Virus record (IMG/VR): IMGVR_UViG_3300032401_000002
Coordinates: 64,001 to 128,000 of that record
Reading direction: 5' to 3' (one strand)
Length of the DNA: 64,000 nucleotides
From: a virus
The position numbers were made by a program, and so were the translations under genes. Below, piece by piece: positions 63,049 through 64,000 of this stretch. Within the stretch, counting starts at the first letter, position 1. Each line of letters opens with the position of its first letter. The notes below the pieces were generated by a model that saw only the letters and a program-made list of their open reading frames with translations, was not told the origin of the DNA and ran no database searches.

Positions 63049-63981
63049 TTATGAACGCTCGTTGAGTGAAGTCATAAACTCGTCATAAGTCTGGACTTGA
63101 CCGGCGAAGTGAGGCTCCCAATAGGATGTCTTGCTGATCTTCGCGCCCTTGTTCCAGCCCCTCACCTTGTTCTTGAGCCAGGGGTTGTTCCAGTGGTAGG
63201 CATCGATGGGCTTGCCGCTCGCGCGCAAGGGAGCAACCATCTGGTTGAACAACCCTTGCTCTCTGTGGTCGGGGTGTACGTACACTGTCCCCAACATGTT
63301 CCACCCGTTGGGGTCTTCCACGTACGTCATCGAACCAACTGGCTTGTCGCCATGGAGGGCAACAACGCCCTGACCCTGTCGTCCCTGTCGGTCGAGGAAG
63401 GTATCCTCAAGCTCGCCAGTTTGCTCCATCTTGTTGGTCTCGACATTCTTCTTCCAACCTGCTCGGAATCTGGGGTGCTCTTTGCCGTCTTCATCGATCC
63501 AGGTGTTGTTCTCCAGATCGATGGGCACGATCCGATAAGGGCTAGCAGCTTGCTTGATAAAGGCTTGTTCGCACGCGGCCTTGATAGCCGGGATGTCAAG
63601 ATCAGGCCGTCGCGTGTTCAACTCGATCCCACCTTCTGTGTACCTGCGGCCCTTGATCATTCCCCGCTTGATCCACTCGTCCTCGCCCAACCCCTCTTTC
63701 TCGTGCATGTCGCTGATGATGTCGAAGTGATTGGGGCCGAACCTGAACTGTTGCATCATGGGGTCGTAGACGAAGGCCGTTGACTCTTTGGGCCGAGGTA
63801 CCCAGTCGTAGTCATCGTCCATGGTGGCTACCTTGCTGAGCGCACCCGGAATCTTAACCTCGGCCTGCTCGGGTGGGCCACTCGTCAAGTCTTCGTAGGT
63901 GGGTAGACCACGGTTCTCCTGGTTGGGGTCTGGGAGATCCTGAGGCAATGCCAGTCCGTTCGTGTAGACTAGGTTGTACAA
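63049..63981 (-). CDS. Multidomain protein with C-terminal GNAT acetyltransferase domain
   Basis: 'VVALHGDKPVGSM...LGTVYVHPDHREQGLFNQMV' matches GNAT motif A (V.P..R..G). Confidence 0.7.
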   Translation of the reverse strand: MYNLVYTNGLALPQDLPDPNQENRGLPTYEDLTSGPPEQAEVKIPGALSKVATMDDDYDWVPRPKESTAFVYDPMMQQFRFGPNHFDIISDMHEKEGLGEDEWIKRGMIKGRRYTEGGIELNTRRPDLDIPAIKAACEQAFIKQAASPYRIVPIDLENNTWIDEDGKEHPRFRAGWKKNVETNKMEQTGELEDTFLDRQGRQGQGVVALHGDKPVGSMTYVEDPNGWNMLGTVYVHPDHREQGLFNQMVAPLRASGKPIDAYHWNNPWLKNKVRGWNKGAKISKTSYWEPHFAGQVQTYDEFMTSLNERS

Positions 63982-64000
63982 GTAGCTGATGAACTTGTAG

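Noticed and set aside
1-64000. tRNA/tmRNA genes, integrase, transposase, inteins, terminase and portal
   Set aside because: No recognisable motifs were seen by eye. Terminase and portal presumably lie outside the window. tRNAscan/Aragorn and HMM searches would be needed to exclude them formally.

Overview
This window is the virion-morphogenesis region of a large, GC-rich, contractile-tailed (myovirus) phage. It most likely infects an actinobacterium: the gene order and the capsid, protease and sheath proteins resemble Bxz1/cluster-C-like actinophages as I recall them, and it carries an Rpf-like gene. Nearly all genes lie on the - strand. From right to left they are: large multidomain putative head-internal proteins interleaved with fibre/collar genes and a CHAP endolysin, prohead protease/scaffold, head decoration, major capsid, neck, sheath, tube, tail chaperone with a probable -1 frameshift, tape measure, hub/NlpC-P60, baseplate, and minor tail proteins. 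Four short + strand islands with host-type promoters interrupt this block: a membrane protein; a ferredoxin/PII-like protein plus a secreted Rpf-like transglycosylase; an NAD+ salvage pair (NadM-Nudix + NAMPT); and a P-loop kinase cassette. There are three main candidates for undescribed biology. (1) A set of head-region polyproteins whose enzyme-like domains (2H/Acb1-like phosphoesterase, GNAT, PEP-utiliser phospho-His domain, HhH-GPD-like, PD-(D/E)xK nuclease) are bracketed by recurring K/R-x-A/S motifs, suggesting protease-released, capsid-delivered effectors. (2) A collagen-like fibre locus broken twice at the identical point of a repeat by the same -1 register shift. (3) Shared short repeat modules appended to several different virion proteins. 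I saw no tRNA, rRNA, CRISPR array, integrase or transposase. All assignments come from motif recognition by eye; no searches were run.
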